64,000 bases of DNA from Candidatus Poribacteria bacterium (lineage in GTDB: Bacteria > Poribacteria > WGA-4E > WGA-3G), in contig JAJECK010000016.1 in NCBI GenBank assembly GCA_022822085.1, positions 5,786-69,785 on the forward strand. Direction: 5' to 3'. Below the pieces are notes generated by a model. It was not told where the DNA came from. It worked only from the letters and a program-made list of their open reading frames with translations, and made no database searches. Made by a program: the position numbers and the translations under genes. Below are positions 54,093 to 64,000 of the stretch, in pieces (the stretch's first letter is position 1; the number at the start of each line of letters is the position of its first letter).

Positions 54093-56042
54093 ATGATAAA
54101 ACTACATCAATACATAATAACCGTATTCTTGCTTTGTGCGTTGTTTCTGTTGAACACCTCTGCCCAAGATGTTAAAGATGTTACTCCGGTCGGTTTGCCA
54201 GAAGGTGCAATCGGAAGACTTGGAAAAGGTTCAATTCAGGATATCGCGATTTCTCCAAATGGTAAACAGTTAGCGGTTGCAAGTATGATCGGGATTTGGC
54301 TCTATGATACGCACACTGGTAATGAAATTGCGCTTTTAACTGGACATAGAACTGCCGTACATTCTGTTGCATACTCACCAGATGGGAGAACAATTGCAAG
54401 TGGTGGAGGATTAGGAGATGACAAATCAATACGACTTTGGGATACACTGACTGGTGAACACACAGTCCTTTCAGGAAATAGTGGTGATGTTCGGACATTA
54501 GCGTTTTCTCCAGACGGCAACACACTCGTTAGTGGAGATGACGACGGTAATGTTAAACTGTGGGATGTAAGCACGGGTGAATCCATACAAATACTATCAG
54601 GATTTGGAGAACAAGTTCTATCAGTTGTGTTTTCTCCAGATGGAAACACTGTGGCGAGTGCTGCGTTAGACAGTACAATCCTGTCATGGAATGTTGAAGA
54701 TGGACAAATTAAGCATAAATATTTCGGTCATACCGATTGGGTGCGTATTCTTGCGTTTTCGCCTGATGGAACTACACTCGCAAGTGGAAGTCGTGACGGC
54801 ACTATTCGCTTGTGGGATACTGCGACTGGTCAACAGAAAAGGATTCTTACTGACAAAGAAAATAGATATGATTCTATCGCGTTTAGTCCTGATGGGAACA
54901 CCCTCGCATTCAGTGTCTACCGTAAAAGCAAGATCGAGTTCTTGAATGTATCTACAGGAAAAATTGAGCAAACAATTCACATTCCTGATGGTGGAGTTTC
55001 TAAAATCCTGTATTCTCCAGATAAGAAAACGCTTGTGGGTATGGACTGGGGTGGAAAAATATATTTTTGGAACCTTGAAAACGGTGAAAACATTTTGACC
55101 ATAAATGGTCATACACGAAATGTCCGCGCACTCGCGTACTCTATAGATGGAAAAACATTAGCAAGTACATCTGGATTAGGAATTGCTTTGTGGGATGTGG
55201 AAGCGAGACAACTTACTCAGACTCTTCATGGACATCAACAAAGTGGAATAGCATCTATAGCTTCTTTAGCATTTTCTCCTGATAATCGCACAGTCGCCGG
55301 TGCTGATTGGAATGGTAACATTTATTTATGGGATTATACTACTCCTATACATATAAAAACTCTGCAGGGACATACAGAGGGAATCCGTTCAATAACGTTC
55401 TCCTCAGACGGTAGTAAGTTAGCGAGTACGGGAAATGACCACACAATTCGTATTTGGAATGCTGAAAACGGTGAAGAAATGCATAAAATGATTGAAGACA
55501 AGGGACGGGCATTTTCAGTTGCCTTTTCTCCTGATAATCTGACGTTAGCAAGTGGTGGATTTAACGGAATGATACGTTTCTGGAATGTTGAAACAGGAGA
55601 GCAGAAATTGACACTTCCAAATACCGGAAATGGATGGTCTATTGCCTACTCACCAAATGGGGTCCTACTTGCAACTTCGGGAATGCAAATTAAGTTGTGG
55701 CATACAACCAGCGGAGAATGTATCCAAACACTTGATCTACCTATCAATATGGATGATATGGCAAATTTAGATAGGCGGCAGAGATTCCATCTTGATATGA
55801 TGGGTAGTATGGTAGAGAGCCTGGCGTATTCATCGGATGGAAAGACCATCGCTGGCGTAGGGAGAAACGGTATGATCCATTTGTGGAATATAGAGACTGG
55901 GAAGAAACAGCATACCTTTTCAGGACATAAGTGGACTGTCAATACATTAGCGTTCAGTCCTGATGGTAAAACGCTTGCAAGTGGAAGTAGTGACGGGACA
56001 ATTCTTTTGTGGGATGTACAAAATTCTGAAACGGGGAATTAG
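54093..56042 (+). CDS. Secreted WD40-repeat protein, ~14 blades (array member 1, subtype A)
   Basis: Signal peptide MIKLHQYIITVFLLCALFLLNTSAQ. The conserved post-signal module is GLPEGAIGRLGKGSI.DIAISPNGKQLA. Repeating ..FSPDG.TLASGS.D.TI.LWD..TG units follow. Start taken at the Met at 54093, preceded by AGGGAG. Confidence 0.85.
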   Translation: MIKLHQYIITVFLLCALFLLNTSAQDVKDVTPVGLPEGAIGRLGKGSIQDIAISPNGKQLAVASMIGIWLYDTHTGNEIALLTGHRTAVHSVAYSPDGRTIASGGGLGDDKSIRLWDTLTGEHTVLSGNSGDVRTLAFSPDGNTLVSGDDDGNVKLWDVSTGESIQILSGFGEQVLSVVFSPDGNTVASAALDSTILSWNVEDGQIKHKYFGHTDWVRILAFSPDGTTLASGSRDGTIRLWDTATGQQKRILTDKENRYDSIAFSPDGNTLAFSVYRKSKIEFLNVSTGKIEQTIHIPDGGVSKILYSPDKKTLVGMDWGGKIYFWNLENGENILTINGHTRNVRALAYSIDGKTLASTSGLGIALWDVEARQLTQTLHGHQQSGIASIASLAFSPDNRTVAGADWNGNIYLWDYTTPIHIKTLQGHTEGIRSITFSSDGSKLASTGNDHTIRIWNAENGEEMHKMIEDKGRAFSVAFSPDNLTLASGGFNGMIRFWNVETGEQKLTLPNTGNGWSIAYSPNGVLLATSGMQIKLWHTTSGECIQTLDLPINMDDMANLDRRQRFHLDMMGSMVESLAYSSDGKTIAGVGRNGMIHLWNIETGKKQHTFSGHKWTVNTLAFSPDGKTLASGSSDGTILLWDVQNSETGN

Positions 56043-56099
56043 GTCAAATCATCTGATTTTCTCCAGATTTGAGAACTATAATAGAAGGAGATGAACATC

Positions 56100-58166
56100 A
56101 TGAAATCCTGCCATCAATTCATCCTCACACTGTTTTTTCTTTTTGTATTTGTCGCACTTAATGTCCCCGCACAAGAAGCCACAAAGACGAATTTACCAGA
56201 AGGCGCCAAACTCCGAATTGGTAAAGGCACACTGGGTGAAATCGCCTACTTTCCTGATGGCACTCGGTTTGCAGTGGCAACTTCAATAGGAACTTGGGTC
56301 TACGACTCAATTATAGGTGAAAAGTTATACCAACTCTATGATCCTAAAAGCCGAGTAAATGGAATAAAGAACGTATCTATTTCACCAAATGGTGAAACAA
56401 TCGTGACTAAAACTTCAGAGGAAAATGTGTTGTTATGGAATGCTAACACTGGAGAACTCTTGAGACAACTTGTAAGCGATGAAAAAGAACACTATTACGC
56501 GTTGTTTTCACCAGATGGGGAAATAGTTGCAACATCAAGTGGAACACCATCTGAAAGATCGAACAAGACAATAAATTTGTGGGATGTCAGGACAGGTAAA
56601 CTCTTAAATACACTTGCAGAACCTAATAGTGCCTTCTATAACAAATGTTTTTCACCAAATGGAAAGAGTATAGCTACATGGAATTTAGGTTCAATTTACG
56701 TGAGTCTTTGGGATGTCGTTACAGGACAACTCCTAAAATCCTTCACCGCACATGACGGTAATGTTAACACCGTACAATTTTCACCAGATAGTCAGACCAT
56801 CGCTACAGGTGGACAGGACTATACGGTACGTCTATGGAATGCTAACACAGGACAACTCCTAAATACTCTCGATCATCGGGATATCACTTCATTAACAAGT
56901 GTTCTATTTTCACCAGATGGAAAAATAATTGCTACAGGAGGCATATCAAGTGGAACGGTACACCTATGGGAAGTGACAACTGGAAATAGACTTTTTCGTC
57001 TTATTGGACATACGGATAACAGTGTGTATAGCATCTGCTTTTCACCAAATGGGAGAATAATTGCTACTGGTGGTGACGAAGGGACGATACGTCTATGGTC
57101 TACTAACACAGGATTAGAACTTATGAAACTCTCTGGACATAAGGGGATGATTGACACCGTTCTCTTTTCACCGGACGGATTAACTCTCCTGAGTAAAAGT
57201 TCAGACAGGACAGTCCGCCTATGGGATACACTTTTAGGACAAAGCCTCAAAACGCTTGATGGATATACTGAGAGCGTGACCTCAGTATCCTTTTCACCAG
57301 ATGGGAATACAATGGCAAGTGGAAGTTCGGACAAAAAAGTCCGTTTGTGGAATGCAAGGACAGGCAAACTTGTGAATACTCTTACTGGACACACCGATGA
57401 AATCTTTAGTGTCCGTTTCTCACCTGATGGAAAAACAATGGCAAGCGGGAGTAGGGACAATACTATACGTTTATGGGATGCTATTACAGGAGAACACATT
57501 AGAACTATTGAAGGACATGAAAGGTCTGTCAAAAGTATCCTATTTACGACAGATGGACAAACAGTTATTAGTCATGGTTGGAATGAAGTACATCAATGGG
57601 ATGCTAATACTGGTAGTCACTTGAAAACACTCAATGGACACATGATTTCTCCTGATGAAGATCTTATAATTGATGTGTATAATGAAGAAGTTGATGATCC
57701 CGGTGGGAGGGGCGAATATATCTTGTCCCTATCTGATGTTGACTCTGGGCAACTACGGTGGGAGATAACTGGTTGGGGTAGTGTATTATCAATTGAATGT
57801 TTTTCCCCAGATGGTAACATGTTCGTTACATCTGATGCTCATAACTCAACTTTAGAATTATGGGATGTTGACACCGGACGAATTATAAATACCTATTCTG
57901 GTCATTTGAATTTTCAACATTGTGGTGGAGGCTTAATTCAAGCAGTCCGCTTTTCAAATGATGGAAAGACTATCGCCTCTGGAAGTGATGACAAAACTGT
58001 TCGCCTCTGGTCAACCGAAGAAGGCAAGCACATCAAAACACTCTCAGGACATGCTGCGGGAGTTAATTCAGTCGCATTCAGTCCTGATAGTAAAACGCTT
58101 GCAAGTGGAAGTAGTGATGGCACAATACTATTATGGGATACCACAAATTCTGAAATAGGTGATTAG
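56100..58166 (+). CDS. Secreted WD40-repeat protein, ~14 blades (array member 2, subtype B)
   Basis: Signal peptide MKSCHQFILTLFFLFVFVALNVPAQ, then NLPEGAKLRIGKGTLGEIAYFPDGTRFA. WD40 units are of the form FSP[DN]G..IATG..D.T[IV]RLW[DN].TG. AGGAG lies 10 nt upstream. Confidence 0.85.
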   Translation: MKSCHQFILTLFFLFVFVALNVPAQEATKTNLPEGAKLRIGKGTLGEIAYFPDGTRFAVATSIGTWVYDSIIGEKLYQLYDPKSRVNGIKNVSISPNGETIVTKTSEENVLLWNANTGELLRQLVSDEKEHYYALFSPDGEIVATSSGTPSERSNKTINLWDVRTGKLLNTLAEPNSAFYNKCFSPNGKSIATWNLGSIYVSLWDVVTGQLLKSFTAHDGNVNTVQFSPDSQTIATGGQDYTVRLWNANTGQLLNTLDHRDITSLTSVLFSPDGKIIATGGISSGTVHLWEVTTGNRLFRLIGHTDNSVYSICFSPNGRIIATGGDEGTIRLWSTNTGLELMKLSGHKGMIDTVLFSPDGLTLLSKSSDRTVRLWDTLLGQSLKTLDGYTESVTSVSFSPDGNTMASGSSDKKVRLWNARTGKLVNTLTGHTDEIFSVRFSPDGKTMASGSRDNTIRLWDAITGEHIRTIEGHERSVKSILFTTDGQTVISHGWNEVHQWDANTGSHLKTLNGHMISPDEDLIIDVYNEEVDDPGGRGEYILSLSDVDSGQLRWEITGWGSVLSIECFSPDGNMFVTSDAHNSTLELWDVDTGRIINTYSGHLNFQHCGGGLIQAVRFSNDGKTIASGSDDKTVRLWSTEEGKHIKTLSGHAAGVNSVAFSPDSKTLASGSSDGTILLWDTTNSEIGD

Positions 58167-58221
58167 GTCAAATCATCTGATTTTTTCAGATTTGAGAACT
58201 ATAATAGAAGGAGATGGACAA

Positions 58222-60333
58222 ATGAAAACAAGACAACTGTTCATTCTTACCATATTCTATCTTTTTGTATTTGTCGCACTTAATGTCTCCGCACAAGAAG
58301 CCACAAAGACAAATTTACCAGAAGGTGCGAAACTCCGAATTGGTAAAGGCACATTAGGGGAAATCGCCTACTTTCCTGATGGCACTCGGTTTGCAGTGGC
58401 AACTTCAATAGGAATTTGGGTGTACGATTCAATCACAGGTAAAGAGCTCTACCAACTGAGCGACCATACAAATGGAGTAGACATAATCCGATTCTCTTCT
58501 GACGGTAATACCATTGCTACTGAGAGTCCAGATGGAAGTCTATATTTGTGGAATACGAATACGGGTAGCCACATACGGACGCTCTCTGATGTCGATTTTG
58601 GTCTTTATGATCCAGTCTTCTCCCCTAATGGAAAGATTATCGCGGTACAATACGCAGAAAAATTTACATATTTTCAAAAAACCCTTAGATTATATGATGT
58701 AAAAACAGGAAAACACATAAACACAAGATCCAAACCAATCAACCGTTTCTATAACGTCCGCTTTTCACCTGATAGCAAGAAACTTGCTACATGGGGTTAT
58801 AATAGACAAATCAAGTTATGGGATACATCAACAGGACAGCTTCTTAAAACGATTATCGATCCTGGCGATATTTTTCAGGATAATAGAATCATTGATTTCC
58901 AATTTTCACCGGATGGTAATACGATTGTTGTCTTAAGTAGAGTTAGATACAGTAGGTCTTTGAAGGGAAGTAGTTGGGTCGGGAATGTTGGAATTGTATA
59001 CTTTAGAGATGTTGACATAGAGGAATGGAAACAACTTGAAAAAACCAGATATTCATTAGATGATGAAGGTTTTTCCAGTATATCCTTTTCACACGATGGG
59101 GCAATTCTTGTGACCATACATAAATCGGATGGTAATGTAGACCTATGGGATGCTAACACAGGTGATTACGTAAACAGTCTTATTGGAAATGACATTAGTA
59201 AAATAAGTACCGTAAGTTTTTCTGATAATGGCAGAATTATCGCTACCGGAGGACAGGATGGAACGATACATCTATGGGCAGCTAAACAAGGGATGCATCT
59301 GATACCGCTTTCTGGACATAAAAGTCAAATAAACAACATTATTATCTCTCCAGATGGAATGACTATACTCAGTAAAAGCACTGATAACACAGTTCATCTA
59401 TGGAATGCTATTACAGGACAACTCCTAAACACACTTGATGGATTTACGGAAGATGTTGCAACCGTTTCATTTTCACCAGATGGGAATACAATTGCAAGTG
59501 GAAGTTCGGACAAAAAAGTCCGTTTGTGGAATGTAGCTACGGGGCAACTTCTCAATACGCTAACAGGTCACACTTCTTATATCCACAGTGTCTGCTATTC
59601 GGCAGATGGAAAAACAATTGCCAGCGGAGGGGCAGACACAACAGTACGTTTATGGGATGCTATTACAGGCGAACACATTAGAACTCTTACAGGACATAAA
59701 AGGTCGGTCAAAAGTGTTTTCTTTACCGCAGACGGACAGATAGTTGGTAGTTCAGATTCGGACAGTATTTTGCGTCTATGGGATGCTAAAACCGGAGATC
59801 ACTTGAAAACACTCAATGGAGAAATGATTTCTCCTGATGGAAAACTGATTATACAAATTGAACATGGACAGGTTGAAGGGGACGATAGCTTCTTATACCT
59901 ATCTGATGTTGATACAGGAAAACTAAGGAAACAAGTAACATATTCAGGTAGTTTCGGATTTGAGTGTTTTTCACCCGATGGAAAGTTGTTCGTTATGACT
60001 GATTCAAACAATTCTATCATAGAATTATGGGATGCCGGAACTGTACAAATTGTAAAGACCTATTCTGGACATGTGAGTCTGCCATTCGGTGGAGGCGGTA
60101 CGATTACAACAGTACGCTTTTCAAAAGATGTGAGTACTATTGCATCCGGAAGTCTTGACAAAACAGTGAGACTTTGGTCAATCAATAAGGGAGAACCCCT
60201 GAAGACACTTTCTGGACATACCGATGGAATTAGTTCTCTTGCGTTCAGTCCTGATGGCACAACGCTCGCAAGTGGAAGTAGTGATGGAACTATTCTACTA
60301 TGGGATACCACAAATTTTGAAACGGGTAATTAG
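58222..60333 (+). CDS. Secreted WD40-repeat protein (array member 3, subtype B)
   Basis: MKTRQLFILTIFYLFVFVALNVSAQEATKTNLPEGAKLRIGKGTLGEIAYFPDGTRFAVATSIG... The N-terminus is nearly identical to member 2. An internal block is nearly identical to member 4. Confidence 0.85.
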   Translation: MKTRQLFILTIFYLFVFVALNVSAQEATKTNLPEGAKLRIGKGTLGEIAYFPDGTRFAVATSIGIWVYDSITGKELYQLSDHTNGVDIIRFSSDGNTIATESPDGSLYLWNTNTGSHIRTLSDVDFGLYDPVFSPNGKIIAVQYAEKFTYFQKTLRLYDVKTGKHINTRSKPINRFYNVRFSPDSKKLATWGYNRQIKLWDTSTGQLLKTIIDPGDIFQDNRIIDFQFSPDGNTIVVLSRVRYSRSLKGSSWVGNVGIVYFRDVDIEEWKQLEKTRYSLDDEGFSSISFSHDGAILVTIHKSDGNVDLWDANTGDYVNSLIGNDISKISTVSFSDNGRIIATGGQDGTIHLWAAKQGMHLIPLSGHKSQINNIIISPDGMTILSKSTDNTVHLWNAITGQLLNTLDGFTEDVATVSFSPDGNTIASGSSDKKVRLWNVATGQLLNTLTGHTSYIHSVCYSADGKTIASGGADTTVRLWDAITGEHIRTLTGHKRSVKSVFFTADGQIVGSSDSDSILRLWDAKTGDHLKTLNGEMISPDGKLIIQIEHGQVEGDDSFLYLSDVDTGKLRKQVTYSGSFGFECFSPDGKLFVMTDSNNSIIELWDAGTVQIVKTYSGHVSLPFGGGGTITTVRFSKDVSTIASGSLDKTVRLWSINKGEPLKTLSGHTDGISSLAFSPDGTTLASGSSDGTILLWDTTNFETGN

Positions 60334-60390
60334 GTCAAGATCATCTGATATTTTCCAGATTTGAAACAATAATAAAAGGAGATGGACAAA

Positions 60391-62604
60391 ATGAAAACAA
60401 GACAACTGTTCATTCTTACCATAATCTGTCTTTTTGTATTTGTCGCACTTAATGTCCCCGCACAAGAAGCCACAAAGACGAATTTATCTGAAGGTGCAAA
60501 ACTCCGAATTGGTAAAGGCGTACTGGGTGAAATCGCCTACTTTCCTGATAGCACGCGGTTTGCTGTCGCAACTTCAATCGGAACTTGGGTGTACGATTCA
60601 ATCACAGGTAAAGAACTATACCAACTCACCGACCATACAAATGGGGTAGACATAATCCGATTCTCTCCTGACGGAAATATAATAGCAACTGAGAGTCCAG
60701 ATAAAGGTATACACATGTGGAATACGAATACTCGTAATCACATACGGACACTATCTGATAATAAATTGAGACTCTATGATCCAGTCTTTTCACCAAATGG
60801 AAAGATTATTACGGTAAAATATGTAGAGAACTTTACAAATTTTCGGTTTTATGATGTAAAAACAGGAAAACACATAAATACAATATCCCAACCTGCCATC
60901 CATTTCTATAAACGACGTTTTTCACCAGATAGCAAAACACTTGCAACGTGGCAATATAATCATATAAAGTTGTGGGATGTTACAACAGCTAAGCAACTTA
61001 AAACCATCAACAACCCAGCCGAATCTCAACATGATGGTAAAATAGAAGATGTTCAATTTTCTCCAAACGGTAGAACCCTTTCTGTCTTATGTAGTAGGTA
61101 TCCAAGTGTTGGAACTGTGTATTTTAGGAATATCAACTCTGAAGAATGGAATCAACTAAAAAGGTCCAGACAAAATACAAATGATAAGGGTTATTCCAGT
61201 ATGTTCTTTTCACCTGATGGGAATACTCTCGCAACTATACATAAATCTGATATTAGGGTTGATTTATGGGATGCAAACACGGGAAAATACATCAGTAGAC
61301 TTTTCGGAATTCACAGTAGTAAGATATCTACATTATGTTTTTCTGATAATGGCAGAATTATCGCTACAGGTGGACAGGATGGAACGATACATCTATGGGC
61401 AGCTAAACAAGGGATGCATCTGATACCGCTTTCTGGACATAAAAGTCAAATAAACAATATCGTTATTTCTCCAGATGGAATGACCATACTCAGTAAAAGC
61501 ACGGACAACACAGTCCATCTATGGAATGCGATTACAGGACAACTCCTAAATACTCTTGATGGATATATCGATAGCATATATGATCTTACCATTACCCCAG
61601 AGGGAGATACAATATTAAGTTGGAGTTCTGACGAAACATTACGTTTGTATGATACCAATACTGGAAAGTTACATAAACAACATAAACTCAATGAACACCA
61701 TAAACTCAATGGAATTGAAGGAGACGTTCGCACCCTTTACTTTTCTCCTAACGGTAATACTTTCATAACCCAAAGCACGCAGATGAATGTGTATTTATGG
61801 GATATTGATACAGGAGAACTCATCAATAGATTGTTAGAACGTAGAAATTATATTAAGCAAGTACACATTTCACCTAATGGAAAAACAATTGCTGGTAGAG
61901 GTAATGATGGGACTATCTTGATATGGGATGCTAACACTGGTCAACTTCTCAATACTATTACTGATATCAAAGGTGAACTCTTTCAAGTTAACTATTCCAC
62001 TGATGGTTCAATTATAGTAAGTAGCAGCTCGGAAAATACTACGCAACTATGGAATCCGAACACGGGTCAACTTATTAGAACAATCACTGGAATTAAGGGT
62101 ACCATTGTTGGAGCATATTTTTCAAAGAATGCAAATACAATTGTCACAAGAATATATGAGGAAAGTGATTACGATGGGGCATTTATGTGGGATGGATTCA
62201 CTGGACAACATATAAGAGATCTAAGTTACTCAGGTGCTATAAGCCTTGTTAACTCTTCACCCGATGGAAAGATTGTGACAATTGCGGATGGACACAGTAG
62301 TGATGTTATTCTATTTGATATTTTCAATAGACAGCAATTAAAGACTTTTGCTGGACATGTAGGTCTTGAATCATGTGGCGGTGGGGCTATTAGTGATGTG
62401 CGTTTTTCCCATAATAGAACGAAAATGGCTACTGCCAGTAGCATAGATGCCACAACTATAATATGGAATCCAAAAACAGGTGAACGTCTCAAAACACTCA
62501 CTGGACATACCAATGTGATAAATTCAATTGCATTCACTCCTGATGGTAAAACACTTGCAACTGGCAGTAGTGATGGAACTATTTTGTTATGGGAAGTTCC
62601 ATAA
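60391..62604 (+). CDS. Secreted WD40-repeat protein (array member 4, subtype B)
   Basis: MKTRQLFILTIICLFVFVALNVPAQEATKTNLSEGAKLRIGKGVLGEIAYFPDSTRFA..., followed by WD40 units throughout. Confidence 0.85.
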   Translation: MKTRQLFILTIICLFVFVALNVPAQEATKTNLSEGAKLRIGKGVLGEIAYFPDSTRFAVATSIGTWVYDSITGKELYQLTDHTNGVDIIRFSPDGNIIATESPDKGIHMWNTNTRNHIRTLSDNKLRLYDPVFSPNGKIITVKYVENFTNFRFYDVKTGKHINTISQPAIHFYKRRFSPDSKTLATWQYNHIKLWDVTTAKQLKTINNPAESQHDGKIEDVQFSPNGRTLSVLCSRYPSVGTVYFRNINSEEWNQLKRSRQNTNDKGYSSMFFSPDGNTLATIHKSDIRVDLWDANTGKYISRLFGIHSSKISTLCFSDNGRIIATGGQDGTIHLWAAKQGMHLIPLSGHKSQINNIVISPDGMTILSKSTDNTVHLWNAITGQLLNTLDGYIDSIYDLTITPEGDTILSWSSDETLRLYDTNTGKLHKQHKLNEHHKLNGIEGDVRTLYFSPNGNTFITQSTQMNVYLWDIDTGELINRLLERRNYIKQVHISPNGKTIAGRGNDGTILIWDANTGQLLNTITDIKGELFQVNYSTDGSIIVSSSSENTTQLWNPNTGQLIRTITGIKGTIVGAYFSKNANTIVTRIYEESDYDGAFMWDGFTGQHIRDLSYSGAISLVNSSPDGKIVTIADGHSSDVILFDIFNRQQLKTFAGHVGLESCGGGAISDVRFSHNRTKMATASSIDATTIIWNPKTGERLKTLTGHTNVINSIAFTPDGKTLATGSSDGTILLWEVP

Positions 62605-62755
62605 TGGAGGGTTGAATTTACTGATGGCACATCTTGAAGAATCACAAGTGCGTGTTGAGAAGGCATTGGATGCAAGTTTCCAAGTTAAGAAACGTTAGAT
62701 ATAACTACGGATCGGAATAGTAAAACCTAATTATATACCCAAAAGGAGCACCGTC

Positions 62756-64000
62756 ATGATAAAATCACATTTATACCAACAGCTGAACTTATTAGTTATC
62801 ATTTCAATGTTGTTATGTGTTCACGGAGCATTCTGTGTGTACGGAGATCCACCAAACATTACCCAGTTAGGTCTACCAGAAGGGGCAATTGCACGACTCG
62901 GTATAGGTGGGATTGAAAATATAGCAATTTCTCCGAATGGTAAACACTTAGCAATGGCAAGCCAAATCGGGGTTTGGTTGTATGATGCACAAACGGGTGA
63001 TCCAATTTCACTCTATACTGAACATGAAACTTCCGTCCGTTCAGTTGCATTCTCCCCGGATGGGTTCACTCTCGCAAGTGGTGGTGGATTAGGGGAAGAC
63101 AGATCAATACGACTTTGGGATATAAGGACTGGTGAGCACAGTGTGCTTTCTTCAAGTGACTACAATGATGTAGGGGCATTGTCGTTTTCGTCAGATGGAA
63201 ATTTACTTGTAAGTGGACATCATAGTGGAAATGTTATCTTGTGGGATGTAACCACTGCTAAACTCAAGCATAAACTTTTAGGAAATAATAATCAAGTTTT
63301 GGAAGTAGTGTTTTCACCTGATGGCAAAACTGTCGCGATAGGCAGTTTAGATGCTACGCTTCGACTCTGGGATGTAGAAACGGGACAACTTAAACACGCC
63401 TGTCCTGGTCATACTGATTGGGTTAGGACAGTTACGTTCTCACCTGATAGTTCCGTCATTGCAAGTGGAGGTGGCGATGGCACTATTCGGTTGTGGGATG
63501 TTGACACCGGACAACACAAAAACACATTTAAAGGACAATCAAAATTGGTTAGCACTGTGAAGTTTAGTCATGATGGTAACTATCTTGCGTGTGGCTATGG
63601 CTATCATAAAGATTTACAGTTCTGGAATGTAACAACAGGAAAGGTTGATCAAGTAATTCGCGTTCCTGATGATGGAATTACAGAAGTCTTGTATTCCCCA
63701 GATAAGAAAACGCTTATTGGTATGCATTGGGATGGCAACATTCATTTTTGGGACCTTGATACAGGTACAATTAAATTTAGCATCAAAAATTATACACGTA
63801 ATGCGTATGCGCTTGCATACACTACAGATGGTAAAACATTAGCAAGCACTGCTGGTAATGGGATTGCGTTGTGGGATATAGAAACCAGAACGCAAAAGTT
63901 GACGCTTATGAAACAGCAAGAAGGGGCAACATCTATAGCTGCATTAGCATTTTCACCTGATAATCGCACAATCGCAAGTGCGGATTGGAACGGAATCGTC
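62756..64000 (+). CDS. Secreted WD40-repeat protein (array member 5, subtype A), 5' 415 codons; continues past the window end
   Basis: Absent from the track because no stop falls in the window. AGGAG lies 7 nt before the ATG at 62756. My translation is MIKSHLYQQLNLLVIISMLLCVHGAFCVYGDPPNITQLGLPEGAIARLGIGGIENIAISPNGKHLAMASQIGVWLYDAQTG...SIRLWDIRTGEH... It is collinear with member 1. Confidence 0.85.
   Translation, partial: MIKSHLYQQLNLLVIISMLLCVHGAFCVYGDPPNITQLGLPEGAIARLGIGGIENIAISPNGKHLAMASQIGVWLYDAQTGDPISLYTEHETSVRSVAFSPDGFTLASGGGLGEDRSIRLWDIRTGEHSVLSSSDYNDVGALSFSSDGNLLVSGHHSGNVILWDVTTAKLKHKLLGNNNQVLEVVFSPDGKTVAIGSLDATLRLWDVETGQLKHACPGHTDWVRTVTFSPDSSVIASGGGDGTIRLWDVDTGQHKNTFKGQSKLVSTVKFSHDGNYLACGYGYHKDLQFWNVTTGKVDQVIRVPDDGITEVLYSPDKKTLIGMHWDGNIHFWDLDTGTIKFSIKNYTRNAYALAYTTDGKTLASTAGNGIALWDIETRTQKLTLMKQQEGATSIAALAFSPDNRTIASADWNGIV

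Noticed and set aside
56043-56099. Conserved intercistronic element between WD40 genes (GTCAAATCATCTGATTTTCTCCAGATTTGAGAACTATAATAGAAGGAG) with two mutually exclusive small hairpins, considered as a regulatory switch or terminator
   Set aside because: Its conservation at 58167-58221 and 60334-60390 is explained by recent tandem duplication of whole gene units. The third copy has changes (TCAAGATC, GATATTTT) that break the pairings without compensation. The stems are short and AT-rich, and no U-tract follows.
56873-57532. Long antisense ORFs inside the WD40 genes (e.g. 56873..57532, 54302..54649, 58875..59159, 61446..61733, 62226..62675) and inside the BNR gene (22790..23254)
   Set aside because: They mirror the repeat structure of the sense genes and have Ser/Pro/Val-rich, motif-less products. 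They lack starts with an RBS. These are typical shadow ORFs of repetitive coding DNA.

Overview
This is a 64-kb window of a fairly AT-rich bacterial chromosome. The gene content looks like an uncultured marine or host-associated lineage: many TPR, WD40, LamG, DUF1080, PhyH, BNR and beta-helix proteins, as seen in Poribacteria- or PVC-like genomes. The taxon cannot be established from sequence alone.

Layout:
- **1-3.2 kb:** 5' end of an RND pump, a LamG lectin-fold protein and PBP4.
- **3.3-9.1 kb:** two toxin-antitoxin-like modules (MazF, HigB), each tied to a very long, highly regular TPR protein.
- **9.1-16.4 kb:** PhyH dioxygenase, a Tat-exported sulfite-oxidase-like enzyme, a Tat-exported Fe/Mn SOD, a polytopic HExxH/TPR membrane protein, and a sugar kinase fused to a nucleotidyltransferase.
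- **16.4-38.3 kb:** a long minus-strand block. In transcription order it holds lepA, two beta-helix paralogues, an AT-rich metalloprotease, a frameshifted lepB copy, a selenoprotein, lepB, selB, tRNA-Sec, lipA, dapB, a BNR propeller, PhyH, a dapL-like gene and a propeller-SpoIIE sensor phosphatase.
- **38.4-45.8 kb:** mixed housekeeping genes plus an Rpn-family nuclease.
- **46.2-51.4 kb:** a Type III R-M locus whose mod gene is split.
- **51.5-53.9 kb:** an oxidoreductase, hicB with a nonsense-mutated hicA, and a multi-zinc-ribbon protein.
- **54.1-64.0 kb:** a tandem array of at least five signal-peptide WD40 double-propeller genes.

Main results from reading beyond the ORF track:
1. An in-frame UGA at 29612-29614 fuses two track ORFs into one lipoprotein with a W-U-P-W-C thioredoxin-fold active site. 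A SECIS-like hairpin lies 14 nt downstream, and selB and an unlisted tRNA-Sec (26141-26234) lie 1-3 kb away.
2. Four secreted proteins of unrelated folds share a short C-terminal tail, K-x4-W-[GA]-x-[LI]-K-basic.
3. A HigA-N-terminus-like module occurs in both TA loci. In one it is fused to TPRs; in the other it is joined to a perfectly duplicated 78-bp segment.
4. A MITE-like element is present in three size variants, and a dispersed hairpin motif (AGGCACGAAA) recurs in intergenic regions.
5. Four genes are disrupted (TPR, lepB2, mod, hicA). Three are frameshifts at short homopolymers, so sequencing error cannot be excluded.

No CRISPR array, rRNA or prophage was seen. All family assignments rest on motif recognition by eye. 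No database search or numerical composition analysis was run.
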